Assembly (NCBI GenBank): GCA_965261735.1
Contig: OZ253470.1
Location: 1,024,001-1,088,000, forward strand
From: Alphaproteobacteria bacterium
GTDB taxonomy: Bacteria; Pseudomonadota; Alphaproteobacteria; SHVV01
Reading direction: 5' to 3'
Length of the DNA stretch: 64,000 bases
Position numbers and translations under genes: made by a program
The notes under the pieces: model-generated
Seen by the model: the letters and a program-made list of their open reading frames with translations, nothing else
What the model was told of the DNA's origin: nothing
Database searches by the model: none
Shown here: positions 48,479-60,084 of the stretch, piece by piece
Numbering within the stretch: position 1 is the first letter of the stretch
How the letters are laid out: every line of letters starts with the position of its first letter

Positions 48479-50052
48479 GAGTCGGCGCCGTCGAAGAGAT
48501 TGGCGAGCTCGGCCGCGAGCTGCTTGCGATCCATCTTGCCGTTCGGCGTCTTGGGGAGAGACGGGCGCTCGATGATCGCGAGCGGCACCATGTAGGTCGG
48601 CATCTCCTCGCGGCACCGCTCGAGGAGCCGGGCCTTGTCGAGCTGCCCGCCGAGCGGACTTGTCGCGACGACCACCACGGCCTGTCCCAACACCGGGTGT
48701 GGCAAGCCGAGCGCGGCCGCCTCGCCGACCAAATGAGTGCCATAGACTAGCTTCTCCACCTCGGTCGGGCTCACCCGGTAACCCGACGTCTTGATCTGAT
48801 CGTCGCGCCGGCCGACAAAGTAATAGAACCCATCCTCGTCGTACCAGGCGAAATCGCCCGACCACACGGCGATCTCGGGCACGTTAAGCTCGGCGGGCTG
48901 GAGCGGCGCCGGCTTGAAGCGCTCGGCGGTGCGCTCCGGATTGTGCCAGTAGCCCTTGGTGACGAAAGAGCCGCGGTGCACGAGCTCCCCTAGCTCACCG
49001 GCATCGCAGCGGCTGCCGTCTTCACGCACGACCATGACCTCGGCGTTGGGAATGGGCTGGCCGATCGAGTTGGGCCGGCGATCGAGCTCGGACGGAGGCA
49101 GGCACGTCGAGCGAAACGCTTCGGTCAGGCCGTACATGAGGTGGATCGCGGTGTTAGGCAGCTTCTCGCGCAGCCGTGCGAGGGTCGCGCCCGGCATGGC
49201 GCCGCCGGAGTTCGTGATGTAGCGGAGCCGCTTCGATTCGTCCGGCCACTCGTGCTGGGCCAGCTGAATCCACAGGGTGGGCACGCCGGCGAGCCCGGTG
49301 ATGCGCTCCTTGTGGACCGCCGCCATCACGTCCCTAGGGAGCAGGTAGTTGAAGAGGACGATGCTGGCGCCGACGTTGAACGCGCTCGTCACCTGGACGA
49401 TGCCATAATCGAAGCTGAAGGGCAGTACGCACAGGATGCGGTCCTCGGCGGTGTTGCCGAGATGCTGGCTCGCGCTGCGCGCCGAGGCCACCAGATTGCG
49501 GTGCGACAGGACGACGCCCTTGGGCATGCCGGTGCTGCCCGACGTAAACAGGATCGCCACCATATCCGTATCGATGCCACGCTCGGCGGCGCTGGCGCCG
49601 TTGTCGCCGGCGGCCAGGAACGATTGCCACGCGATGAGAGTAGGGCCCGCGCCGTTGCCGCCGGCCGTCTCGTCGACGAGGACGACCGCCTCGAGGGCCC
49701 GGCACTGAGGCAGTACCTCGGCCAGGCTCTTGAGCCGCGCGCTCGGCGTGACGAGCACGCGCACGCCGCAGTTTTGCAGGATGTACGCTGCCTGTTTGGC
49801 GCGCAGCATGGGATTGATGGGCACGAACACGGCGGCCGCCGCAGTTGCCCCAAACTGCGCGACGACCGCCTCGAGACGCTTCTCGAGGTAAATGCCGACG
49901 CGGTCATTGCGCACGACGCCGATCTCGCGCAACCCGCCGGCCGCCTCGAGCACCCGTCGATGAAGCGCGGCATAGGTCAGGCCCTCGCCCTTGTACGCGA
50001 CGGCCGGCGCGTCGGGCCGCTCGCTCGCGTTCCGCGCCACCAGGTCGTGCAA
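48475..50052 (-). CDS. Acyl-CoA ligase (AMP-forming), exosortase A system-associated
   Basis: FTSGSTGMPKG, YGLTE, IKTSGYRVSP, PNGK. Confidence 0.9.
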   Translation of the reverse strand: MHDLVARNASERPDAPAVAYKGEGLTYAALHRRVLEAAGGLREIGVVRNDRVGIYLEKRLEAVVAQFGATAAAAVFVPINPMLRAKQAAYILQNCGVRVLVTPSARLKSLAEVLPQCRALEAVVLVDETAGGNGAGPTLIAWQSFLAAGDNGASAAERGIDTDMVAILFTSGSTGMPKGVVLSHRNLVASARSASQHLGNTAEDRILCVLPFSFDYGIVQVTSAFNVGASIVLFNYLLPRDVMAAVHKERITGLAGVPTLWIQLAQHEWPDESKRLRYITNSGGAMPGATLARLREKLPNTAIHLMYGLTEAFRSTCLPPSELDRRPNSIGQPIPNAEVMVVREDGSRCDAGELGELVHRGSFVTKGYWHNPERTAERFKPAPLQPAELNVPEIAVWSGDFAWYDEDGFYYFVGRRDDQIKTSGYRVSPTEVEKLVYGTHLVGEAAALGLPHPVLGQAVVVVATSPLGGQLDKARLLERCREEMPTYMVPLAIIERPSLPKTPNGKMDRKQLAAELANLFDGADS

Positions 50053-50192
50053 CAGATCGCCGGTCGGGCACGGCTGTTGAGAAGGGATGCCTGCAAGGGG
50101 TGCGACCTCGCCTGACTTGTCGATGCGGCCAGCGGACTTTCCCTACTCAGCGGCGAGGCCATGTCGGATCGCCGTCGGCGTCCGCGAGAAGC

Positions 50193-51338
50193 TAGTGGAT
50201 TGATCGGAAGTCCGATTTGAGATTCCGTATGGTGCGGTGTCATGCGAGTCTGTGCTATGCGCACCGGCATCCATTTTACTGTCACGTCTGGCGACCGTCA
50301 GCGATTGCAAGCTATCGTCGCGGACCCGAAGAGCTCGCAGAAACATGTCTGGCGGGCGCGGATCATCCTGAAGAGCGACGAGGGGCTCGGGAACTCGTCG
50401 ATCATGGCCGAGACCGGCAAGTCCAAGACCTGTGTCTGGCGCTGGCAGGAGCGGTTCATGCACGAGGGTGTCAACGGCTTGCTTCGCGACAGGTCCCGTC
50501 CGCCTGGCAAAGCGCCGATCCCGCCGGAGCGCGTCGCCGAGATCGTCCGCCTGACCCAGCAAGCGCCGCCGCACGAGGCGACCCACTGGACGCTGCGCGC
50601 GATGGCGAAGGTTGCTGGCGTCGCGGCGTCGACGGTCCAAGCGATCTGGAAGGCCCATGGCCTCAGCCCGCACCGCTGGCGGCACTTCAAGCTCTCCAAT
50701 GATCCCGCCTTCGCCGAGAAGCTCACAGATATCGTCGGCTTGTATGTCGATCCGCCGGCCCATGCCGTGGTGCTGTCGGTTGATGAGAAATCACAGATCC
50801 AGGCGCTCGACCGCACCCAACCCGGCTTGCCGATGAAGAAGGGCCGCGCCGGTACGATGACCTATGATTACAAACGGCATGGCACGACGACGCTGTTCGC
50901 CGCGCTCAACGTGCTGGACGGTACGGTCATCGCACAGAACATGCAGCGCCACCGCCATCAGGAGTTCATCCGCTTCCTCAACCGCATCGAGCGCGAGGTG
51001 CCGACGGACAAGGCCGTCCACGTCATCCTCGACAACTACGCCGCGCACAAGAAGGACAAGGTCCGCGCCTGGCTCGCCCGCCATCCACGCTGGACCTTCC
51101 ACTTCACGCCAACCTCGTGCTCGTGGCTCAATGCCGTCGAGGGCTTCTTCGCCAAACTAACGCGGCGCAGGCTCAAATACGGCGTCTTCCAATCCGTCGT
51201 CGACCTTCAGGACGCCATCAACCGATTTGTCCGCGAATACAATGACGCAAACCCAAAACCCTTCATCTGGAAAGCCGACCCCGATCATATCATCGCCGCA
51301 CGAAACAGAGGGTTCCAAACGTTGGAATCAATCCACTA
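50193..51338 (+). mobile_element. IS630-family element; transposase 50257-51339
   Basis: IRs TAGTGGATTGAT/ATCAATCCACTA with TA target; DEKS, LDNY, SWLNAVE. Confidence 0.93.
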
Positions 51339-51442
51339 GTATACTCGCACCGGCTGACGCATCACAAAAGTGCGGCCGTCACGACCGCTCTCGACTGGAC
51401 TTGATGGCGCCGCGGGAAGTTGCGACAAAACAGCACGCGGGT

Positions 51443-51470
51443 TTGACACGACCGCGCCCGATTCTACAAT
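51443..51470 (+). promoter_or_regulatory. Near-consensus sigma70 promoter of the lectin-like gene
   Basis: TTGACA-16 bp-TACAAT, 70 bp upstream of ATG 51540. Confidence 0.65.
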
Positions 51471-51641
51471 TAGCAACGAGGGCGTACCCGGAGTAGCCGA
51501 AATCGAGTTCCAGCTTCGTTCATTTGGGGTGTCTGACCAATGCGGCGACTCGCACTTACTTTAGCGGCCCTCGGGCTCTGGGCGGCGACGGCCGCCGCAG
51601 AACCGCTCTACAACACGCCAACGTATTTCGAGCCGAGCGAC

Positions 51642-52983
51642 TGAGGTGGCCTCGGTTTGTCGGACAGCTTGGCGGCTTGATTAAGGTGTATTCCAGTTGT
51701 CGTTCATGCCGCCAGAATCCCTTTGCATCGATCTCCTTGCCGTTGTTGTTGCGCCTGTGGGGATGTGGGCAAGGCGCGTAGCGGCTTGTCCATCATATCC
51801 ACAGGCGGGGCGCCGCGGTAGGCCTCGGCCGGCGTTTCCCCCCCGAGCGCCGAGTGCGGCCTCTCGGTGTTGTAGAAGTCGATCCACTCGCCGATGACGC
51901 GCCGGGCCTCGAAGCCGTCGGCGAGCTCGCGCAGATAGACGGCCTCGTATTTGAGCGAGCGCCACAGCCGCTCAATGAAGATGTTGTCCAGGCACCGGCC
52001 CCTGCCGTCCATCGAGATCCGGATGCCGGTCTCCCGCAAGCGCCCGGTGAAGGCGAAGCCGGTGAACTGGCTGCCCTGGTCGGTATTGAAGATCTCCGGC
52101 GTGCCATGGCGGGCCAGCGCCTCGTCGAGCGCGTCTGTGCAGAAGCCCGCATCCAGGGTGTTCGACAGACGCCAAGCCAGCACATGCCGGTTGGCCCAGT
52201 CCATGATCGCCACCAGGTAAAGAAAGCCGCGCCGCACCGGGATGTAGGTGATGTCGGCGCACCAGACATGGTTCGCCCGCTCGATCGTCAAGCCTCTGAG
52301 CAGATAGGGGTAGACCCGGTGCTCGGGATGCGGATCGCTGGTGCGCGGCGCCCGATAGATCGCCTGAAGCCCCATCAGGCGCATCAGACGACCGGCCCGG
52401 CGACGACCGACGCGCACGCCCTCGCGGCGTAGATGACGGACCATCTGACGGGCGCCGTAGAACGGATACTTCAGGAACAACTCATCAATGCGCCGCATCA
52501 GCGCCAGGGTCTCCGGGCTCTCGCCCTTGGGCGTGTAATAGAGCGAGGAGCGTCCGATCGACAGCAAACGGCATTGACGGCTCAAGCTCAGCGCCGGGTG
52601 AGCGCGTATCACCATCGTTCGCCTCTCGGCCCGGCTCATCGACCGGACCCTCGAGACAAAAAATCCCGCTCCACCGTCAACTCGCCGATCTTCGCGTGAA
52701 GATCACGGATCTCGCTCTCATGGTCCCGACGGCGGCGCTCGCCCCCGTTCGAAAACACTTCGCCAAGACCATCGATCGCCTGCCGCTTCCATGTGCTCAC
52801 TTGGTTCGGATGAACCTGGTGCTGCGAGGCGATCTCCTGAAGCGTCCGGTCGCCACGAAGCGCCTCAAGCGCGATCTTCGCCTTCAGCTCCCCGGAAAAC
52901 CTGCGTCTCTTACTCATCGCGTATCCCTCCTCAGTCGGCGGAATACACCTTAAAAACCTGTCCGATTTTCCGGGGCCACCTCA
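51642..52983 (-). mobile_element. IS3-family element; orfA 52636-52917, orfB 51704-52639
   Basis: IRs TGAGGTGGCC...TCGGACAG; 3-bp TSD GAC; WCADITY, NTDQGSQF, IERLWRSLK; T6 run near the orfA/orfB overlap. Confidence 0.95.
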
Positions 52984-53212
52984 GACACCTACTTCGAGCT
53001 GGTGAACATCGAAACGATATACGGGCACTACGACCTCGGTGCCAAGAATTGGCGGGTCTCGTCAGGCTTGGCGGCAAAACGGGGTTTCAAGGGCCGCCAA
53101 GGGCGGCTCGCCATTGTCGATAGCCAGGAGGTCCACGAGTTTCTGCGCGATACGTTTCGGCCCGACCGTTCGTCCTGGATCGGACTCCGCTACTTTTGCG
53201 GGTACAACAAGC

Positions 53213-54292
53213 CTTTCCTATCCGGTTTACACCCACACCCACTAGGGCTAGAATGGGCGCAACCCGGATATAGGGGAGCGCGCCATGGATGTTCTCGACC
53301 GCTACCCGAGTTCCAGCGACTTTTCCCCGATGATGCGGCCTGCGCCGCCTACCTGGAGAAAGCCCGCTGGGGAGACGGCTTTGCCTGCCCGCACTGCGGC
53401 ACGGCGGGAGAGCCGTTCCACTTTGAAAACCGCCCTGGCGTCCTGCGCTGCCGCAAGTGCCGCCAGAACACCGGGCTGACGGTGGGAACAGTGATGGAGC
53501 GTAGCCACACTCCGCTGAACGTCTGGTTCTGGGCCGCTTATCTGGTCGCCAGTCAGACGCCCGGCATGTCCGCCGTGCAGTTTCAGCGGCAACTTGGTCT
53601 TTCGCGCTACGAGACGGCCTTTCAAATTCTCCACAAGCTCCGCTCGGGCATGGTGCGGCCCAACCAAGACAGGATCGGTGGACAGCCCAAGAACCATGTT
53701 GAGGTGGACGAAACCTGGGTTGGCGGGCGAACGCGTGGGGAAGGCCGTGGTGTTCACCACAAGGTTCCCGTCTCCTGTGCCATCGAGGTGCGTCATCGAA
53801 AGCCGGGCACCAAGCTCGACAACCGGAAAGACGGACGCTATGCCGGACGCGTTCGGCTCGCCGTCGTGCTCGACCGTAGCGCCGAGTCGCTCTGTGGGTT
53901 CGTCGAGAGCACCGTCGCGCCGCGATCGCTGATCGTTACTGACGATTGGAGCGGCTATGCTGGCCTCGGTAAGCGCGGCTATGAGCACTTCGCTGTTGCC
54001 GAGTGTGGTGATCCAGAGGTTGCCGAGCAATACCTGCCGATCATCCATCTGGTTTTCGCCAACCTGAAGACGTGGCTGATCGGTATCCACCACGGCGTTA
54101 GCCACCAGCACCTACAAGCCTACCTCAACGAGTTCACCTTCCGCTTCAACAGGCGGTTCTACCCGTTCAACGCCTTCCGCTCATTGCTCGGCATCGCGGG
54201 CGACACCTCTGCTCCAACCTATGCCGAGCTTTACTCGGGAGAGTGGCGGCACCCTACATGTAGCGGTCATGGGCGTTAACCGGATAGGCAAG
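53213..54292 (+). mobile_element. IS1595 copy with a 25-bp deletion frameshifting the transposase
   Basis: Near-identical to 33045-34149; 8-bp TSD CAACAAGC (53205-12 / 54293-300). Confidence 0.93.
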
Positions 54293-54691
54293 CAACAAGC
54301 TTTTGTGGGTCAACGGAAGAACGGTGAAGCGAGGCGAGTTCCAGCCCTGGCACAAGCCGGTCTGGAACTTGGTTGGCAAGTTTCCACAGGACACGGAATT
54401 CGGCCTAACGGGCTGCCGAAGCGCGGACGGCAAGGTCCGCTACGTCAACACCCACAACCCGGTGCACTATTGGCCGGTGGCAGACGGGTTCCGCTGGAAC
54501 GCCAACCACTACGAAGTTGAGTGGCGGCAGATGTTCGTCGAATATCCGCCGCGAGCGGCGGGTAAGGACTCGGCCGCTAGCCAGGAATAGCTAGGGGGTC
54601 GGCGGCCTAAAGAGCCATACGCCCTGGTCTGGATTGTTGTGTATCCCGCGAAGACGTCGACCTCGGGGATGTAGAACCATTTGCTGTAGAC

Positions 54692-55149
54692 GTGAGGTTG
54701 CAGCGCGAGGCGGAGGGTCAGGAGATCGATGTGACCGAGGTGCCGGACTACCCGGGTTGGAGACAGGAGGCCGGCCGGCTGACAGCGGCAGGCGAGGCCA
54801 TCCTCTCGGACAAGAAGACTTATGGCCCGCACCTCGACAACATCACGATTGGCGAGAGCCGTGTGACATGGGCCCTCTCCAACATCAGCCGCGCCATCGG
54901 GGGTGACGACGAGGCTATCGGCGAAAAAGCCGCCGAGGTCCAGAAGCCGCCTGCTACACAGGAGACGCCCGAGGAGCGGGCGCTCCGGGCTCAGAAGGAC
55001 GCCCAAGTGTTCAGCCGGCTTCAGTCAGCCGAGTACAACGCAACGGGGGAAGCGCGCAAGGCCGCGCAGAAGGCCTTCGCCGACTATCTCGAACGCGAGG
55101 CCCATAAGTACGAAACGCCCCGCGAAGAGCGGCGCCATATCCTCGACAC
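54692..55149 (+). pseudogene. Fragment of a larger helical protein, possibly a relaxase C-terminal region, cut by IS256
   Basis: Protein-like open frame without a clear start. The relaxase call is a weak guess from conjugation remnants nearby. Confidence 0.3.
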
Positions 55150-56243
55150 GATCGTGTCCCGCGGAGTGGTGTAAGAGCGTTGCGCTCTACGCGGCTCCCG
55201 GCGGGTAGGGCCGGGACGTTCAGGCTGCCACGGTGGGCAGCGTGATGGGGACACCATCGCTCAGCGGAGCGATGGATTCCAGCGTCATGTATCTCCTTGA
55301 GACGGCCCACTCGTCGTTCTGCTCGAGAAGGATGGCGCCGACGAGCCGTGTGGTGGCGGCTTCGTTGGGAAAGATACCGACGACGTTGGTGCGACGCTTG
55401 ACCTCGGCATGGAGCCGTTCGATCGGGTTTGTGGAGTGCAATTTCTGGCGGTGCTCCCTGGGGAAGCTCATGTAGGCGAGGACGTCGTGCTCGGCTTCGT
55501 CCATGAGAACTGCCAGCTTGGGCACCTTGGGCCTGAGCTGGTCGGCGACCCGGCGCCACTGGACCTTCGCGCTGTCGGCGTCCTCCTGGGCGAAGGCGGA
55601 GACGACGCGCCGGCCCTGGCGGCCGGCATGGGCCAGCAGGTTGCGGGCGAAGTGCACGCGGCAGCGCTGCCATGTGGCGCCGAGGATCCGGGTCGCGGCG
55701 GCCTTCAGGCCCTTGTGGTCGTCGGAGATCACCAGCTTCACGCCGCGCAGCCCGCGCCGGGCCAGCGAGCGCAGGAACTCGGTCCAGAAGGTCTCGGCCT
55801 CCGACGCGCCGATCGCCACGCCCAGGACCTCGCGGCGGCCTTGGTCGTTGACGGCCACAGCCACGGTCACCGCGACCGAGACGATGCGTCCGGTCTGGCG
55901 CACCTTCACGTAGGTGGCGTCGAGCCACAGATAGGGCCAGTCGCCCTCCAGCGGTCGATCGAGGAAGCCGGTGACCTTATCGTCGATCTCGCCGCACAGC
56001 CTGGAGACCTGGCTCTTGGAGGCGCCCGACATCCCCATCGCCTGAACCAGATCGTCGACCGAGCGGGTCGACACCCCCTGGATGTAGGCCTCCTGGATCA
56101 CCGCAGCCAGCGCCTTCTCGGCCATCCGCCGCGGCTCCAGGAAGCCCGGGAAGTAGCTTCCCTTCCTCAGCTTCGGGATCTTCAGCTCGACCGTGCCGGC
56201 CCGCGTCTCCCAGGACCGGTCGCGGTAGCCGTTGCGATGGGTG
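55150..56243 (-). mobile_element. IS256-family element, 5'-truncated
   Basis: IR GATCGTGTCCC at 55150; [30 protein letters not shown]. Confidence 0.92.
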
Positions 56244-56404
56244 GATCAAGTGACGCTGTCATCGATGGCTGGTGGAGCGTACGCTCGAAGAATGGACGCT
56301 TTTCCGATGCGGCCCGGACTCACCCTATTGACATATCGTTGGAAGGATGCGCGGTGATCCAAAGACGCGATGCCGCACCGGACGATTCAGCGAGGAATAG
56401 CGGC

Positions 56405-56680
56405 CAGGGCTTGTATGGCGCTGGCGGTCGTGCTGGGTGTTATCTTCGCCCATATCCGCAAGAAGAGTGTGGGCCACGAGGGCGGCCGGGCGCCGATTAC
56501 CCGCGAGTTCTTGTCGGCCAACACGCTGTTCTACGGTTTCCTGTTTGTGGGCATCCTGCTTTTTTCAAACTGGTTCAACTTGCTGAGTCCGGATTTTACC
56601 GGAACGGGGACAGCCACCTCCCTGGTGTGGACCTTCATAGACGCCGCGCTGCCACTGCTTTTGGGCGTGATGGGCCTCGT
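56405..56680 (+). pseudogene. Small membrane protein fragment
   Basis: Three hydrophobic helices (MALAVVLGVIF, LFYGFLFVGILLF, LVWTFIDAALPLL); no proper start or stop. Confidence 0.45.
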
Positions 56681-56765
56681 CGAAGCCGGACCGGCAGATG
56701 TGAGACTTCATCACTCCAGGCACTCTTTGGCTGTTCACCAAGTCACCGCCCCATGGACCTCGAAC

Positions 56766-58019
56766 CTACTGCGGATAAATCTTGACCGGGTTCTTGCCGA
56801 TCTCGAAGCTCGATGGGTCGGAGGCGACAAACCGGTAGGCGGCAAACTTGAAGCTCGCGCAGTCACCGTACTCGTTGCAGCTGATCTCACCGCCCATTCC
56901 CTCGAAGCTCTTCGTGGCGAACAGTGCGTCGCGAAGCGCCCGGCGCCCGATGTAGGTGTTGCCCACGGCGTCCTTCACCGCCACCTTTTCTATGGCCATC
57001 AGCGCCACCGCCATTCCATCGTACGCGTTTTGATGAAAAGCCTGGATCGGGCCTTCGCCATATTTCTCCTTGTACTTCCTCACCAGCTCGGGATAACGGG
57101 CACCCATCGCCTCCACCGAGGTGTCGGGACTTGTGATTACGAGATTCACCGCCGCAGCGCCCGCCGCTCCCAGGAATCCCGGCGCCATCAGCGCGCTGCC
57201 GCCGACCGGCGTGGTGGATTCAAGGCCCTCGATCTCTCCGAACTGGCGAACGATCCGGGCTGCCGCCGCCACGAATATTGGAAAATAGACCACACAGGGC
57301 TTGGCAGCAGCGATCCGAGTGAGAGCCGGGCGCATGTCGACATCGGTTGGCGCCACCGCCTCCATTGCTGTCACCTTGCCACCCAACTCCATGAAACGGT
57401 TCTTGGCTACCCGCACGAGTTGCTCGGCATACGGGCTGCCGTCATGGATCGTGGCAAGACTCTTGCACTTCATCTGATTCCAGAAGTACTCCGCATCCGC
57501 GGCGCCGGAGGCAAGGTCGTTATAGATGGTCCGCAGGTAACCTTGCAGGCTCTCCGGGCGATCCGGTGCGGTAAGCGACGGCGCAGTGGTCGACGTAGCT
57601 ACGCTTGGGATGCCCGCCTTCCACAGGATAGGGCCACCGGGGGTGCCGGCACTTGAGCAGTCGGGCCCGATTACGACAACGATGTTCCGGTTCGAGGCGA
57701 GCCTGGTGGCCGCGGTTTGTCCACCCTCGGCACTGCAATGGCTGTCCTCGGTATGGAATTCGATTGGGTGCCCGGCGACCGCGTTCCCCCAGTTATCCAT
57801 GGCGATTTCCGCGCCGCGCTTCTGATCCAGTCCGATATCGACGTCCGGGCCGGACAGCGTCCAATAGCCGCCGATGTGAATCGGTGCGCCCTTGGGGATT
57901 TTGACCACGCCAAGCGGGTCGGTGACAGGTCCGAGAGTCTCCGCGGAGACACCGGATATGGCGCCTGCCGCGATCCCGGCCGCCGCGACAAGGGCCTTGA
58001 TGTTGAGGTTCGCACTCAT
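56766..58019 (-). CDS. Branched-chain amino acid ABC substrate-binding protein (orphan)
   Basis: Signal peptide, EDSHCSAEGG, VIGPDCS, AYDG. Confidence 0.87.
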   Translation of the reverse strand: MSANLNIKALVAAAGIAAGAISGVSAETLGPVTDPLGVVKIPKGAPIHIGGYWTLSGPDVDIGLDQKRGAEIAMDNWGNAVAGHPIEFHTEDSHCSAEGGQTAATRLASNRNIVVVIGPDCSSAGTPGGPILWKAGIPSVATSTTAPSLTAPDRPESLQGYLRTIYNDLASGAADAEYFWNQMKCKSLATIHDGSPYAEQLVRVAKNRFMELGGKVTAMEAVAPTDVDMRPALTRIAAAKPCVVYFPIFVAAAARIVRQFGEIEGLESTTPVGGSALMAPGFLGAAGAAAVNLVITSPDTSVEAMGARYPELVRKYKEKYGEGPIQAFHQNAYDGMAVALMAIEKVAVKDAVGNTYIGRRALRDALFATKSFEGMGGEISCNEYGDCASFKFAAYRFVASDPSSFEIGKNPVKIYPQ

Positions 58020-58239
58020 GCGCCGCTCCTCTGCAGGTTTCCGTTGAATTCGACCGCTTCTCACTGGTGCGGGCAGTGCGTAAAATATAGATTGTTTAGG
58101 TTGTTACAAGAAATGTGGCGCTATTGGTCCTTCGGATGCTCAAGAACGCCGGTCCCATGGGCGCTACAGGCGGCGATAATGCTTTTGGATTGCCGTTATC
58201 GCCGCCGAGCACCGCATTCACACAATGAGAGATTTGACG

Positions 58240-59208
58240 ATGAAATGGTTGACGGGACTGGCTGCAGGCTTGGCCCTCTCGGCGGGCACCGTCCACGCGG
58301 CCGATAAATGGGATATGCCGACGGCGTATGTGGATTCCAATTACCACACGCAAAACGGCAAGCTGTTTGCCGAGGCTGTGGGCGTGTGCACCGGGGGCGA
58401 TCTTGAGATCGTGGTGCATGGCGGCGGCACCCTGTTCAAGGGCGGCGAGATCAAGCGCGCCGTACAGACCGGTCGGGCTCCCATCGGTGAGCGGTTGTTG
58501 AGTGCGCACCAAAATGAGAATGCCGTCTTCGGATTCGACTCGGTGCCGTTCCTGGCCTCGTCCTTCGAGGCATCCGATCGGCTTTGGCAGGCGGCCAGGG
58601 GCAAGTTGACCGAGATCCTCGCCGATCAGAATCTGGTACTGCTCTACGCCGTCTCCTGGCCACCGCAGGGGATGTATTTCAAGCGCGAGATCGGCGGTGT
58701 CGCCGACATGGGCGGGATCAAGTTCCGCACCAACAACGCCGCGACCGCAAGACTGGCGGCGCTTGCCAAAATGCTGCCAGTGCACGTCGAGGCGGCAGAG
58801 CTTAGGCAGGCGCTGGCGACCGGTGTGGCGGACGCCTTCATGTCGTCGAGCTCGACCGGTTACGACCACAAGGTCTGGGAGCATATGAGCTATTTCTACG
58901 ACGTCCGTGCCTGGCTGCCGCGCAACTATGTGTTTGTGAACATGGACGCCTTCGCCGCGCTCGACGCGCAAACCCGGAACTGCCTGCGTTCGGCGGCGTT
59001 GTTGGCGGAAGCGGCCGGCACGACGCGAGCACGCGAGTTGACCGATTGGTACATGACACGGCTTAGGGCCAACGGCATAAGCGTGCTGGCGCCGGGCGAG
59101 CGGCTCGCCGGCGACCTCGCGGAGATCGGCGCGACCATGTCGGCCGAATGGTCTGACGCCGCGGGCGCAACCGGCGCAGCGATAATCAACGCCTTCAAAG
59201 CCAACTAG
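58240..59208 (+). CDS. TRAP transporter substrate-binding protein DctP family (orphan)
   Basis: WDMPTAY, IKRAVQTG, DSVPFLA, WPPQG. Confidence 0.88.
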   Translation: MKWLTGLAAGLALSAGTVHAADKWDMPTAYVDSNYHTQNGKLFAEAVGVCTGGDLEIVVHGGGTLFKGGEIKRAVQTGRAPIGERLLSAHQNENAVFGFDSVPFLASSFEASDRLWQAARGKLTEILADQNLVLLYAVSWPPQGMYFKREIGGVADMGGIKFRTNNAATARLAALAKMLPVHVEAAELRQALATGVADAFMSSSSTGYDHKVWEHMSYFYDVRAWLPRNYVFVNMDAFAALDAQTRNCLRSAALLAEAAGTTRARELTDWYMTRLRANGISVLAPGERLAGDLAEIGATMSAEWSDAAGATGAAIINAFKAN

Positions 59209-59361
59209 CGGCTTCGGGCGCAACTCCTCCCCGGCCTCGCAGAGACGGCAGGCACCTGGCTGCCTCGTGCCGCCGCCTCACGGCATCCTCCAGCGCTCAC
59301 CACTCGCGTTTCAGCCTTACCCGCGCCGACCAGCGCGTCCGGGGTGGAAGGATGCAAAGTC

Positions 59362-59790
59362 CTAAAACGACACGCAGGCCAGCGTGATCGTACGCAATAC
59401 GGCCTCCTGGCCAAATGAACGCTTGTACGCCTCCGCAATCTCCACCGTGTGCCGCACCTCCGCAGCACCCGGCTTGGCCAGGACAATCACCAGCTTCGTC
59501 CTCTCCCGCATGATCGCACCTGATCCGTCGCGCCACTGCCCGGCGGCGTCCAGAACGGTCAGACCGTCGGGGAAACGCGGCGTGATCTCGGCGGCGAGAA
59601 ATCCCCGCCAGGCCTTGTCGCTCACTACTTCCACATCTCCCCGGCTACGCCCGAAGAACAGCCGGTACTCGGTGAACTCTTCAAACCCGGCCGGGCAGGA
59701 CGGCGTGCCCGCCCGCGACGCCGGCGCCATCGCGAGCACAAGGATCGCCAGAACGGCGCCGGCACGGATGCCATGCATTCGCTTCCTCAT
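59362..59790 (-). CDS. DUF3574 domain protein
   Basis: LFFGRS, FLAAEITPRFPDGLTV.DA.GQW, YK..F.QEAVLR. Confidence 0.8.
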   Translation of the reverse strand: MRKRMHGIRAGAVLAILVLAMAPASRAGTPSCPAGFEEFTEYRLFFGRSRGDVEVVSDKAWRGFLAAEITPRFPDGLTVLDAAGQWRDGSGAIMRERTKLVIVLAKPGAAEVRHTVEIAEAYKRSFGQEAVLRTITLACVSF

Positions 59791-60084
59791 GGTCTTCTTC
59801 CCTCTCTGGCCCGCACGATATGGCGGGCGTTGTCCGTTGCCGCGCGAAATGGGCCGAGAATAGCCGCAACACGTGCGGCAAATCTAACACCCTCTCTCAT
59901 CGACCTCATAGAAACGGCACGGCCTTGCCTGGCCACGAACACGACGAGAAACGCCGTTCTTAGGGGCGGTTTCAAGTCCAGATGGCCTCATGGAATCGCA
60001 AATGGCCTATGTGCCAGAGCGTTTGGATCGCGAGAGCTCTCAACACGCCACACCATCTTGACAATTGGCCACTAAGTTCATGTT

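Larger units (their letters stand above)
51540..54590 (+). pseudogene. Secreted C-type lectin-like domain protein interrupted by IS3 and IS1595
   Basis: Removing both IS plus one TSD each gives a continuous ORF: MRRLALTLAALGLWAATAAA-EPLYNTP..YFELV..GRLAIVDSQEVHEFL..WIGL..LLWVNG..VEYP. Confidence 0.8.

Noticed and set aside
50080-50115. Sigma54 promoter upstream of the acyl-CoA ligase
   Set aside because: GG-to-GC spacing is 11, not the required 10.
53002-54279. Apparent lectin-transposase fusion protein (425 aa)
   Set aside because: Chance in-frame read-through from the interrupted gene into IS1595 after the 25-bp deletion; the TSD shows it is an insertion.
51540-54590. Diversity-generating retroelement target (C-type lectin fold)
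   Set aside because: No reverse transcriptase or template/variable repeat pair in the window.
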